Assembly: GCA_964016885.1 (NCBI GenBank)
Contig: OZ024742.1
Span: 267,840,001-267,904,000 of the forward strand
Direction: 5' to 3'
Source of the DNA: Eledone cirrhosa
Taxonomy: Eukaryota
Length of the DNA: 64,000 nucleotides
A program made the translations under genes and the position numbers. Of this stretch, positions 1 through 11,700 are shown piece by piece. Below the pieces are notes generated by a model. That model saw nothing but the letters and a program-made list of their open reading frames with translations, was not told where the DNA came from and made no database searches. Positions within the stretch are counted from its first letter, which is position 1; each line of letters begins with the position of its first letter.

Positions 1-2250
1 ACGGGAGTATTCCCAGTTTTGTGAGAGGGGAGCGGTGGCGCTGCTAAGAAAAGACCCAAACAAGGGGGATGTTATCGATAACTTCAGGCCCATAACCCTG
101 CTAAACGCAGAGTTCAAGATTTTGGCAAAGGTGTTAGCAACGAGGTTGGCGCTTGTCGTCAAGGGTCTGGTGGGAGAGGCGCAGACATGCGCCATTCCGG
201 ACAGATCCATACACGACAACCTCCACCTCATGCGATACATCATAGAGAGGGTGGTTAAGGAACCTGGCACGGGTGGGGCCCTGATCAAATTGGATCAATC
301 CAAAGCATTCGATAGGGTCGACCATTGGTAGCTGGCGGCGGCCCTCGAGGCCCCCGGTTTCGAACCCGTTTTCAGGGGATGGATCGCTGCGATGTACAGC
401 GACATCTGCTCAATTGTGACGGTGAACGGTCACCTGTCGCAGCCGTTCAGCATCATGCACTCGGTCCGCCAGGGTTGTCCCCTTTCGCGCCTCTTGTACG
501 TATTGGCTCTCGAGCCGTTACTGTACAAACAGGGATCGATGAGGGGAGTCCCACGCGAAATAGGATGCGGGAAATCTGAATCGGCATACGCCGACGACGT
601 CACCGTGGCGTTGTCGAGCACCGCCACGTCCAGATGCTCGGCACCGCTCTCAAGGAATACGAAGCGGTGACAGGAGCAAAGATAAGCCAGGAAAAGTCGG
701 TGGGCTAGCAGCTCGGCACCTGGAGAGACAAGTCCATGCCGTCCGACAGCGTCGTGGAGCGTTGGACGGACGGACCGGTTAAATTGCTCGGGATCTGGTT
801 CGGACCGGACCTCCAGATGGAGAAAAACTGGAGCGAGGTGACGAGCAAGGTGGCCTCCCTTACCCAGAAATGGGCCGAGAGTAAGCTGTCCCTGAAAGGC
901 CGGGCGGAGGTGGCGAATGCGTACATCGCATCCGTCATCTGCTACCGCCTAACCGTCGTCCTTTGCCCCGGCCCAACTCTCACCAAAATGGAGCACCTCC
1001 TCTTCCGCTTTTTGTGGAAGGGGTGCGCTCCCATGGTCAGACGATCCATCTGCTGTCAACACCCGTTGCGTGGAGGACTAGGCATGCCATGGCTGATGAT
1101 GCGCAAATATGCGTTGAGGATGCGACATCTCTGGTGCTTCCTTGACGGTGACCAGGTGTGGTCGCCGTTCGCCAGGCACGTTTTCCCACAGCTTGTCTCC
1201 TCAATGGAGATGCAGTCCTGGGTCAGGAAAAAACCGAGGGATAGCGCTTGGAAACTGGAATGTCTCCAGGCGCTCACTGCCCTCTGCTAGCGGGGCACCA
1301 GTATCGGTGGAACATCCAACTCGGCGTTCTATAGAGGACAAGTGGAGGGGAAGAGCGACGACGTTCTCGGAGATATCCTGGGCGTCGAAGAAGATCAGCT
1401 GTTTGCTCTCCTTCGGAGAACTTTCAGCCTGGGGCCTATGGAGAACTTCCAAAAATCCCTGGCCTGGCAGTGCTACCGGTGAGCGTTGCCGGTTCTAGAT
1501 AAGCTCTACAGGCACGGAAGTGCCGTCACCCGAGCCTGTCCGTGATGCGGGCAGAGCGACGAAACCGTCGTGCACGCACTCGTTCAGTGTCCGAACATTG
1601 CTGGTATGTGGAGCTATGTCGAACCGTTGCTGTCGCGTGTGAGACTGAACCGGTTATCGACTGAGTCCATTGTGCAGATTGTCTCGTCGTCTTCCTTCGA
1701 GGAGGAAGGGCAGGCGGTTTTCATCTGCCTGGTGGCCATGGCGAAATAGATTGTTTGATGGACAATGTTAAAAGGGTTAAAGACAGACACTTTCCTCTTC
1801 GGCGAATCCCGAATTAACTTTTTCAAGTTTCACTTGAAGAGGAAAATCAAGGTGGCCAGGCAAGTGCTGCCTTCTAGCAAGTTTGTTGAAAGGTGGGTGA
1901 ATGTAGCGAGAATGGTCCGAGTGAACGGGACCGCTCTGAATATACGCCTGTAGTTTGAAATAGAAAAATTGAGAGAGGGCTCGTGCCCTGGTGGTCAGGG
2001 TTGCCGTGGTTTTTTGTGTGGTTTTCGCCACGTGTAACCCTCGTAGGTTTTCACCTATTGGGGAATTTTTCATTGTTACAATTTTCATTTTTATTGTTTA
2101 TATATATATGTTTCTATGTCTTTTTCTTTTTCTTTTCTTATATAAATAATACAAATCTTTACACGAACAAAATCCACATCGTACCGTCCTGTGCGTCTGT
2201 AATGTTTTTCTTGCTGTCAGCCCTTCTGGCCAATAAAGAAATCATTAATT
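1..2250 (+). mobile_element. Tx1/L1-clade LINE, 3' half of ORF2 (RT, thumb, C-terminal Cys domain) and 3' UTR; disabled; runs off the window start
   Basis: RT motifs NFRPITLLNAEFKILAK, LDQSKAFDRVDH, SVRQGCPLS, AYADD, RGGLG and a C-terminal CP.CG...ETVVHALVQC, split over several frames by stops and frameshifts; AATAAA at ~2232. Confidence 0.93.
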
Positions 2251-2266
2251 ACTAATCATTAATAGT

Positions 2267-2314
2267 GTATTATTATTATTATAATTATTATTATTATTAT
2301 TATTATTGTTATTA
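2267..2314. repeat. (ATT)n microsatellite between the 3' ends of the Tx1 and Dong elements
   Basis: Direct reading. Confidence 0.9.
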
Positions 2315-2316
2315 CT

Positions 2317-5300
2317 CCTTGAGTCTCAGTCATTGATGTTAGTTAACTGGAAAGATTGTTGGAATGAATATCAAGCCACTACCAGCAGCCTCAGATATTC
2401 AGGACGTATCGGAGGGTTCTTGCTGTTCCCAACAAGCATGCCTTTTGAAGCGTTCCAAAAAGCGTGAAGGGGCCAATTTTCTTTAACCATCCCTGGAAAC
2501 TTTTGGAGATAGTCCCCAGTGTGCCTATGACAATCGGGATCACTTTGACTTCATGGCAGTTCCAAATCCTTTTTACCTCCCACTTTAAGTCCTGGTATCG
2601 GTTAATTTTCTCCCTCTCCTTCTCTTGCACTCTCGTGTCGAATGGGCAGGCCACATCCACAAACAGGCACGATCTTTTTTCTTTGTCCAAAACCACCAGG
2701 TCAGGTCTATTGTGTTCCAGTTTCTTGTCCGTCTGTATCCTAAAATCCCACAGCACCTTCACCTGATCGTTCTCTATCACCGCCTCTGGCTTATGCTCAT
2801 ACCATTTCTCAGAATGTGGTAAATTGTTTACTTTGCACAGGTTCCAGTGGATCACCCTGCCCATCACATCATGTCTCCAGCCCTTATAGTGGGTCTGGGC
2901 TAGGTGTTTACACTCGGATACAATGTGAGCCACAGTCTCCTCTCTCTCTCCACAGATCCTGCACAGTGGGCTAGCCTCCTCCTTGTAAATATGGTGTTTC
3001 AACCACTTCGTTTTGAGGGCCTGCTCCTGCGCAGCCATTAACATTCCTTCTGTAGCCTTTTTAAGGTCTCCTCTTCTCAACCAGTTCCATGTCTGTGGAT
3101 CTCTAAATTCAGTTTTCTCAAAGAAGGTACTATGAAGGGATTTTTCCTGAAGGCTGCTCTTTCTCCTTGATGTTATTTCCTCCTTGGACATCCCCTGGCC
3201 TATTGTCCCCTCCTTCAGTACAGTTCTGAGTATTGGCTCCTTACTATCAGTCACGTATTTGTGTAGGTTGTTTTTCTCCATCTGAACACAGTCCTCTATG
3301 CTGATAAGACCTCTTCCACCCTCAGATCTCCTTAAGTAGAGTCTATCGACATCACTCCCTCTTGTGGAACATGTTGTAGATAGTCAATAGCTTCCTAGTC
3401 TTCCTATCCATTTATTTTTGTTCAGCAACATTCCATCTCAGAATTCCCGCACTGTACCTAATAATAGACACAGCTCGGGAATTTACTGCGCTTATGGCAT
3501 TTCTGCTGTTCAGATGTGACTTCAATACGCTCCTTACTCTCCGAATGTATTCAGTTCTTAACAATTCCTTCATTTTTTTGTTCTTTATGCCATCAGCCTC
3601 CAGAACGCCAAAATACTTGTATCCTTCCTCAGAGTCAATTTCCTTTATCATCTCACCTCTTGGTATCTGGATTCCGTTACTTCTGCTCAACCCACCTCTC
3701 CTCATCACAATGACTCCACACTTACTAATACCAAATTGCATACATATATCACTGCTGAAAATACGGACAGTGTCAACAAGCATATCCAACTCCTTCTCAC
3801 TCTTCCCGAAGAGCTTAAGATCGTCCATGAAGAGGAGGTGATTGATGGTAAGCCCTCCCTTTGCCAACCTGTATTCTGCTCTCACTTTTCGCAGTACACT
3901 GGTCAGGGGCATCAGGGCAAGGACAAACAACAGAGGAGACAGGCTATCTCCCTGGAAGATACCTCTCTTGATCTTCACCCTTCCCAAGATTCTCCAATTG
4001 ATGTCAACTCTGTTTCCCAGGACCTCATACTTTTGCCCAACAACTGTCTGATGTTATCTGCCACCTTGAAGATCTCCAAGAATGAGGCACCATGTCAAAT
4101 GATTTTCTGTAGTCTATCCATCCCATGGCAAGATCAGTGTGTCTCCTCCTGCAATTCCCCATTACCATCTTATCAATAAGTAACTGGTCCTTTGTACCAC
4201 GTGACTTCTTTCGGCATCCTTTCTGTTCGTCCGGTAACAAGTTGTTTGTGTGGAGGTGATGGTAGATTTCCTCAGACACAATGCTCGTCAACAGTTTCCA
4301 CATTACGGACAGACATGTGATAGGTCTATAGTTGGTAACATCATTACCCTTGATTCGGTCTTTCATTATCAGAACTGTGGTACCTTTTGTCAACCACTCT
4401 GGTACCTCCCCTGACATCAAGCAGTCATTGAACATGGTTGTCAGTTTCGGGTGGAGGGATGTTATATTTTTAATCCAATACCCCTGCACACCATCTGGGC
4501 CTGGTGATTTCCAGTTGGTTAGTTTTTTGGCCTGCCCCTTAAGAGTTTCAACTGTGATACTCAAATCAGTTTGTTGGTGTGTCTGTTCACCGATCTCCTT
4601 CTGTACTGTCTCAATCCACACTGCCTGGTTATTATGTCTAACATCCTGCTCCCATATTCTTCTCCAGAATGTTTTAGTTTGTTCAGCCTCAGGGATCAAG
4701 TCGCTGCCTCTTTCTTTCCCCTCAAGCTGTCCAAACAGCATCTTCTGGTTGTGTCGAACATGCGGTTCTGTTTATACTGACTGACTCTTTTCTCGTATCG
4801 CCTGATTTTTGCACTCTTTGCTACAATGCGTTGCTTCAGTTCCTCTATGATAATATTTAGATTTTTCCTCCTAGTTTTGTACTTTATTTCCAGTCTATTT
4901 TTAGTGTCTATGTTTTTTAGTGTCCCATTCAGTAGGGACTCAAGCTTTCCAATGTCATTTCTCATTTCCCTGATTTGACCACTCAGTCGTTTCTTCTACC
5001 AAGGCTCTGCTCTTTCTTGTCTGTTGTTTCCTCTCGCTTTTATATCAGGTAGTTTCCTCACGGTATTTGCTGTTGCTTTGAGGATATTGTTGCACTGGTG
5101 AAGGCTCCTCGCCTCAAGGTATGGAATGACTTTGTTTACCTTAGCTGTTGTTTCTTTTAACTTTTTCCTGTCTACAAATGTTAGGTTCATAGGTCTCACA
5201 CTATCATTGTTCAATTCATCTACCACTAACTTTAGGATGTCAACCAAATCTTGTCCTAGCCCGTCAGCATTCATCTCCTCAGTGGCCGTATCTCTGTTCC

Positions 5301-5910
5301 AGGTATTATTTATCTCAGTATTCAGATCATTGTCTGCTTCGGGTGGTTCCTCCGTTCTCTCGACCCCTTCACCTTTATTTCCCACTGGCTCGTCTGCCTG
5401 GCATACTCCACCCTCCATCTCCAAGCTAATCTCTCTGCTCAGTTCCTCCAGTTCCAACTCGCTTATCCACCCATTAGTTCTTATTACCCAAGCCTGCCCG
5501 GCCAATTTTTGTTCATCTAATTTAAATATACCAATCTCGTTCCAGATGTTATGCATCCGTTTCCTATATCCCCTCTCCTTGGGGTTACTTTTCAGGTAAC
5601 ATTGCATAACAGTTCTATTCAATTCTTTCGTCCAGTTGGTTCTGGTCCCTTTCCTTCTTCTTCTTCCTCCGACACCTGCAGTATTTGGTTGACAGCCAGG
5701 TCCCTGCTGCTGAGCCAGGGAGCACCTGTTGGGTGAGAGTCTGTCACATGACGTTCTAGTCTCCATTTCACCGTTATTCGAACTGTTTAGGTTCGACATT
5801 TAAACACTCTTATCGAGGATTGGCGAATGTATGGTTACATAGCCACCGGTGGATTCACCGTCTCCGGTGGTTGCGTCGCTCCACGTGGCTCTTGTGTGGC
5901 ATTATCACGC
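2317..5910 (-). mobile_element. Near full-length R4/Dong-clade non-LTR retrotransposon (single ORF: RT plus restriction-like endonuclease); pseudogenised
   Basis: Collinear minus-strand ORF pieces 4996-5799, 4696-4965, 4025-4741, 3412-3987 and 2391-3281. Motifs NYRPITCL, GIFQGDSLSP, LLFMDDLKL, CCHC finger CRICG..ETVAHIVSEC, RHD, PDLV..DVACP..K..RY. The 3' end abuts (TAA)n. Confidence 0.92.
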
Positions 5911-6186
5911 TGTAGACGAACACAAATAAACAAACAAACAAACAGGCAGAAAAAAACAACAAAATGAATAAGCATAAGTTTCATTGTAATGTAGTGTTCG
6001 AATGTCTGACTTAGTTTTTCCCTTCCTTTCTCTGTCCGTCCGTTTGTTTCTCCCTTCATTCTTATTTTCTTTACGTTTTTTTGTTTTTGTTTTTTTGTTT
6101 TTTTTTTGTTTTGTTGTTGTTGCTGTGCTGCTTTGATTTTGATTTTTCTTTTTTCTTTTGAGTCTATCTATATATTTTGATGCCTT

Positions 6187-6473
6187 CCTCTTTTTTAGTA
6201 GGAATTCTACAATGTGGTGGCGGTGCTGTGCTAGCAGCAACTAGCAGGAGGCAGTGGGAGAGAGAATAGCGGAGGTAGCGATACTGAGGCAGTGGTGGTG
6301 GTGATGTGGTCGTATTACTGTAGTGATGGTGTCCTCTTTTAGTAGGAATTCTACAATGTGGTGGTGGTGCTGTGCTAGCAGCAACTAGTAGGAGGCAGTG
6401 GGAGAGAATAGCGGCGGTAGCGATACTGAGGCAGTGGTGGAGGTGATGTGGTCGTATTACTGTAGTGATGGTG
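6187..6473. repeat. Tandem duplication, ~145-bp unit x2
   Basis: cctcttttt(t)agtaggaattctacaatgtgg...gtagtgatggtgt at ~6187 and ~6333. Confidence 0.9.
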
Positions 6474-7343
6474 TTGTAGTTGGCGTATAAATTTGAGTCG
6501 ATTTGACCAGAGTTTTCATCGTGGCAGTGGCGGTGGTATTGGTGGTGAAATAATACTCTGTAGTCGTTTAGTCATTTTGCCATTTTCGACTCCAACATTC
6601 CTGATCCAAAATTAAATAGTAATCTTGTTTATCAATATTGTCTAGTGATATCGCCATCCTCCCCTTTCGTAAGTTAACAGAAGGTAGTGGGGGGGGGGGG
6701 GGGGGGTACGGTGGTAGCAATGAAGGAGTGGTGGCGGCGGTGATGGGATAGTGGTAGTAATGATGGATGGGCGGCGGCGGTGGTGACTGTAGTGATGGCG
6801 TTGTCGTTACTGATGTCCGTTCGGTGAATCTATGGGGTTAGTCGCGTACATGTGTTGACATAAATTCCCTTAATGTTGGAATTAAACATTTTGTTAAAAC
6901 TTGGGACAATAATAATAATTATTATTATTATCATTATTATTATTATCTTGAGATTGGTTGTGGTGGTGGTGAAATTGCCGTTATCTGGCTGTTGTGTTTA
7001 GTGTACACAGAGGGGTGATGGGGTAGGTGGTGTATCTAGTTTCTGGTGTTGGTGAAATTGCTGTTGTTTGGCTGTTCTATATAGTCTAGACAGAGGAGGG
7101 GGGTTCTTCTTCTTCCATTTATAGCCATTTTCTTTTTTGAATATACAATGTACAATACAAAGTTGAATATTTGAGCCTTATAACAATATATTTGGGGTCC
7201 GAATTTTTTGGGGGCTCAAGTCGGATGCTTTACGTAACATTTGTACTAAGAATTGTTATTTCACAAATGATTTAAATATGTAAAAAATTCAAAACTTATG
7301 GGAGCGACTTCACGACCTTCTATCCACCACGTGTGTCTTCCTC

Positions 7344-7425
<82 letters not shown>
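7344..7425. repeat. (ATT)n microsatellite
   Basis: Direct reading. Confidence 0.95.
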
Positions 7426-7426
<1 letters not shown>

Positions 7427-7790
7427 CTTGAATCTCAGTCATTGATGTTGGTTAACTGAAAAGTCCGTTGGAATGAATATCAAGCCACTACCTGCAGCCT
7501 CAGATATTCAGGACGTATCGGAGGGTTTTTGCTGTTCCCAGCAAGCATGCCTTTTGAAGCGTTCCAAAAAGCGTGAAGGGGCCGATTTTCTTTAACGATC
7601 CCTGGAAACTTTTGGAGATAGTCCCCAGTGCGCCTATGACAATCGGGATCACTTTGACTTCATGGCAGTTCCAAATCCTTTTTACCTCCCACTTTAAGTC
7701 CTGGTATCGGTTAATTTTCTCTCTCTCCTTCACTTGCACTCTCGTGTCGAATGGGCAGGCCACATCCACAATCAGACACGCTCTTTTTTC

Positions 7791-7793
<3 letters not shown>
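7426..7793 (-). mobile_element. 5'-truncated second copy of the R4/Dong element (RLE C-terminus plus 3' UTR) inserted in (TAA)n
   Basis: Highly similar to 2317-2685 with the same 3' terminus (ccttga.tctcagtcattgatgtt); ATT repeats on both sides. Confidence 0.93.
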
Positions 7794-7822
<29 letters not shown>

Positions 7823-7929
7823 GTTACTATTATTATTACTTTTTTTCCAAAATTCAATGATGTTCCAAAACAATATAAAAGAAATAATTGGCAATACAGG
7901 TTCTGGAATAAAAGAGATAATTGGCAATA

Positions 7930-9595
7930 AGGGCAGGGGCCCCAGGTTATCACAGCCTGGGCCTCCTCGTCATCGTGCCACTGTAATAGAGCCAGATAAG
8001 GCACTTAGTCTTGGCTGCTGGAACGTACGGACGCTGCTTGGCAGGGATTCCTTGGTGCGTCCTGAACGAAGGACCGCTCTTGTTGCAAAGGAGCTTCGAC
8101 GTTACGATCTTGATATCGTGGCTTTATCTGAGACGAGGTTGGCTGGAGATGGTCATCTTACAGAATTTTGTGGAGAATATACATTCTTCTGGAACGGAAG
8201 AGATGAAGGAACCAGATGAGAGACTGGGATAGCATTTGCTGTGAAAAAATTAGAAGAATTCCCAGTAGGGATTAGTGAGCGTCTTATGTCCATGAGAATT
8301 CCGCTGGACAAAGGAAGATATGCGACCCTGGTGAGTGTGTATGCTCCAACTAAGAATTCTGTCGATGAAGAAAAAGTGTCCTTTTACCATGCCTTGAAAT
8401 GTGTTTTAAGAAATATCCCTCAGGCAGACAAAGTCATCGTGTTTGGTGACTTTAATGCTAGAAGGGGTAGGGATTTTAACACAGGGAATGTAATCGGAAG
8501 GCATGGGTGGGAAAGTGTAACAACAATGGTATGCTCCTGCTGCAGATGTGTGAGGAGCTGGATATGTGTGTTACTAACACCATGTTCCAACAAAAGAACA
8601 AAATTAAGACCACATGGGATGCATCCTGCATCTAAGTAATGGCATCTTTTGGACTACGTCCTAGTCTGAATGCGTGACAGACATGATGTGCAGTGTGTTC
8701 GTGCTCTTCGTGGAGCTGAGTGCTGGACGGACCACCGCCTGGTACACGCAAAAGTGAAACTAATCACTAAACGTAAAACCCGGGTTCCTGGTGTTGCCTT
8801 GCCCAGAAGATTGAATGCTGCAAGTTGCAGAACTTGGTGAGGATTGGCCGACCCTTAAAAAGTCGGTTTATGATGTAGACAGGCGTGTTCTGTGATTGGT
8901 GCAGAGAAAACATCAAGTCTGGTTTAATGAGAATGATGTACATAAAGAAGACTTGTTGGCTGATAAGAGGCGTTCTCTGTCACGCTACTTGACGGCAATC
9001 CCACAGGAGAAGAATATGTTGCATAAGGAACTCACGGATGTGAAATCACGTGTTAGGCGGAGTCTTTCTCAGATGAAGGATCAGTGGTGAAGTGAGAATC
9101 TGATGAGATACAAGCTGCGTCAGATTCCAATAATACAAAGCTGTTGTACAGTCTCTTGCGTGAAGTTTATGGACCGTCTTCTTCTCTGTGACACCGCTTC
9201 GCAGCAAGGATAGCAAATAACTTCATCGTGACTCACAAGGAATTTTACGAAGGTAGCGAGAGCACTTTGCTGATCTTTTGAATTAGCCGTCTGTCGTCAA
9301 TGAAGATTTCCTCAAACTCATTCCAGAAAGTCCCATGAAAGTAGCTCTCGCAGAACCTCCGACGCTTGTGGAGGTTGCAGTGGCTATCTCGAAGCTGAAC
9401 AGTTGAAGGTCTCCAGGTATGGATGGCATACATGCTGAGCTCCTACAATATGGTGGTGAGATACTCCTGCAACATTTTCACTCTTTGGCAGGATATGGGC
9501 TAATCAATCCGTACCTGAGGATTGGAGAGATGCAGTAATGGTGGTCTTGTACAAGAGAAAGGGTAACAGGAATAATTGTGTGAACCACAGAGGGG
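7930..9595 (+). mobile_element. RTE/BovB-like LINE, APE endonuclease through the start of RT; degenerate and 3'-truncated
   Basis: LGCWNVRTL..RPERRTALVAKELRRYDLDIVALSETR, SVYAPT, GDFNAR, DYVL, WTDHRL, and VLYKRKGNR..C.NHRG at the break. Confidence 0.9.
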
Positions 9596-10308
9596 CTCAC
9601 GAAGGCTTTTTTTTATTAAAAAAAAGCCATCGTGAGCCCCTTTCTTTTAAGTACAAAGAAATTCAAACACACACACAACACACACACACACACAAGCACA
9701 CAAATAAACTAACATATCTTTACTTTCTTTATTTCAATATAAAATCTGAATTCTGACATCCCAGCGAACTAACCATATTCACTGAACCAGAAAAATTCTC
9801 CCATCCCACTTCTCTTGACCATTATCTTTTGCTTTTCATAAAATTCTCTAAAAAGGATACGGAATAGATTTCCAAATAAGGGCGCGAAATTTAATGAAAA
9901 CTTGTTCAGCCATAATTTCATTTATAACCAATCAAATTACGTTTATTAAAAAAAAAGTCTTCGTGAGCCCCTTTTTTTTAAGTAAAAAGAAATTCAAACA
10001 CTCATATATGAAAAAACAACCTGAGCCCCCCCCCCCCTCTTTGTTTGAAGAACTTTGTAACGCGAACTGGCGCGAAATTTATTATAATTATTGACCAACC
10101 AATCAAATTACTTCTCTAAAAACCTGGCGTTTCGAGCCACTTTTTTCCATATAAAACTAGTAACATTCAAAGACCAACCAGATGTGAGAAAAACCACAGA
10201 CCCTCCATCTCAACACTACTTTTGAAAAGCAGAAGAACTGCGAAACCGGTAAAGGAACCAAATAAATATATATATTTTTTTAAAAATAAGACTCCAGTTG
10301 CATTTTTG

Positions 10309-10315
<7 letters not shown>
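9596..10315. repeat. Dispersed non-coding repeat, homologous to ~56415-56880 (possible non-autonomous Helitron 5' portion, minus strand)
   Basis: Shared blocks tcgtgagcc..ttttttaagtaaaaagaaattcaaacac, aactggcgcgaaat, gtaacattcaaagaccaaccagatgtgagaaaaac, gactccagttg. Confidence 0.8.
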
Positions 10316-10346
<31 letters not shown>

Positions 10347-10456
10347 GGAGGTGAGTTTTATTGTAGCATATATATATAAGTTAAAACAATGAAATAAAAA
10401 ACCAAGTCATTAGAGATAGACCTCACTGCTTTACCATCGTAAACACTTGTGATTAT

Positions 10457-10503
10457 TTATGCCCTTGAGAATCCCAACTGGGCGAAACGTACGTAGGTGA
10501 TAT
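10457..10503 (+). ncRNA. Minimal type I hammerhead-ribozyme-like motif (U3-A8 core variant), PLE pseudo-LTR type
   Basis: gccc-TTGAGAA-tccc aact gggc-GAAA-c gtac g-TA-ggtg; palindromic stem III, GUA site, AATAAA just downstream; stems I and II imperfect. Confidence 0.5.
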
Positions 10504-11309
10504 TTTAAATAAACATGTTTTAACGGTCTATTCTCCGATTTTTCACTTTCCCACGTATATATATATATATATATATGTACGTATATATGCTTGTATTTGT
10601 TATAGGTGTATATATTATATTATATATACTGGTATATGTGTTTATGGTTATGTGTATATGTGTATTTTGTGTTTGTCTGTGTATGCGTGTATGCATGTTT
10701 GCACGTATGTAAGGTGTATATATGTGTACATTGTGTTTTCGTTGACGTAGTTTTGTGAACATATGTTTTTACCTGTAGGTATGTGTGTATGTGCGTTATA
10801 TACGTATTTATGCGTGTATATTTATATACGTTTATATAATTATATGTATACAGACACACACACACATATAATATTTGTTTTATGTCTATTTGGTGTATAC
10901 GTTCGTGTGTGTGTGCGGGTACACGTGTCGCGCGGGTTTATGTATGTGTGGGCGTGTTTATGTGTACGTGCATATATATGCATGCATGGCCGGTGTTTTC
11001 GCGGTTGCACGTGTAGGTACGTATATGGATGCGTGTATGTGTATATTTAATTTTTATTGATATTAATAATCTTTGTCTTTTTCGTTCTACTAATTTATTT
11101 ACATTATTCTTAACTCTGAAGCGGAGAATTATTCGGTTTCCAAAATAGAATATTAGTCTACGACTTCATTTATACCATAAACGCGGTTTTGTCTTTGCGT
11201 GTAGTTGTTCTCACCGTTCAACATAACGACGTATTATCTTAGCTTTTTTCCGTCATTGCCAGGGAACGTCTTCACGAACCAAAGTACCGTCTTCCTGTTT
11301 TCCTTTGGT

Positions 11310-11432
11310 TGCAACGTTTATCGAAATATTTACTTCTACGTTCACCGATTGATTTGTTTAGTTTCAGAAGATCCCGTTAAGAGTGAAAGCAGCGATTCTT
11401 TTCTTAAACTTTAATCTGTTATTTTAATAAAT
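11310..11432. repeat. Dispersed short repeat (inverse copy at ~40993-41095, terminal piece at ~26429-26452)
   Basis: gtgaaagcagcgattcttt.cttaaacttta.tctgttattttaata shared. Confidence 0.75.
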
Positions 11433-11517
11433 ATTTGCTCTAGGGTTCTTATATATTTGATATATATTTATCCTTATCGAGGCCTCTTTGGATTTTAACC
11501 TTCAAATTTATTATTAT

Positions 11518-11700
<183 letters not shown>

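Noticed and set aside
5800-5910. HDV-like ribozyme expected at the 5' end of the Dong element
   Set aside because: Some pairing is seen (ggtgaat/attcgcc; ccaccgg inverted pair), but the P3/L3/P1.1 topology could not be built by eye
7930-8000. cctcctcgtc resembling an HDV L3 loop upstream of the RTE endonuclease
   Set aside because: P1, P1.1 and P2 could not be completed convincingly
11360-11400. cagaaga..gaaa hammerhead-like motif
   Set aside because: The core is mutated, there is no NUH or stem III, and the region is deleted in the sister copy at ~41030
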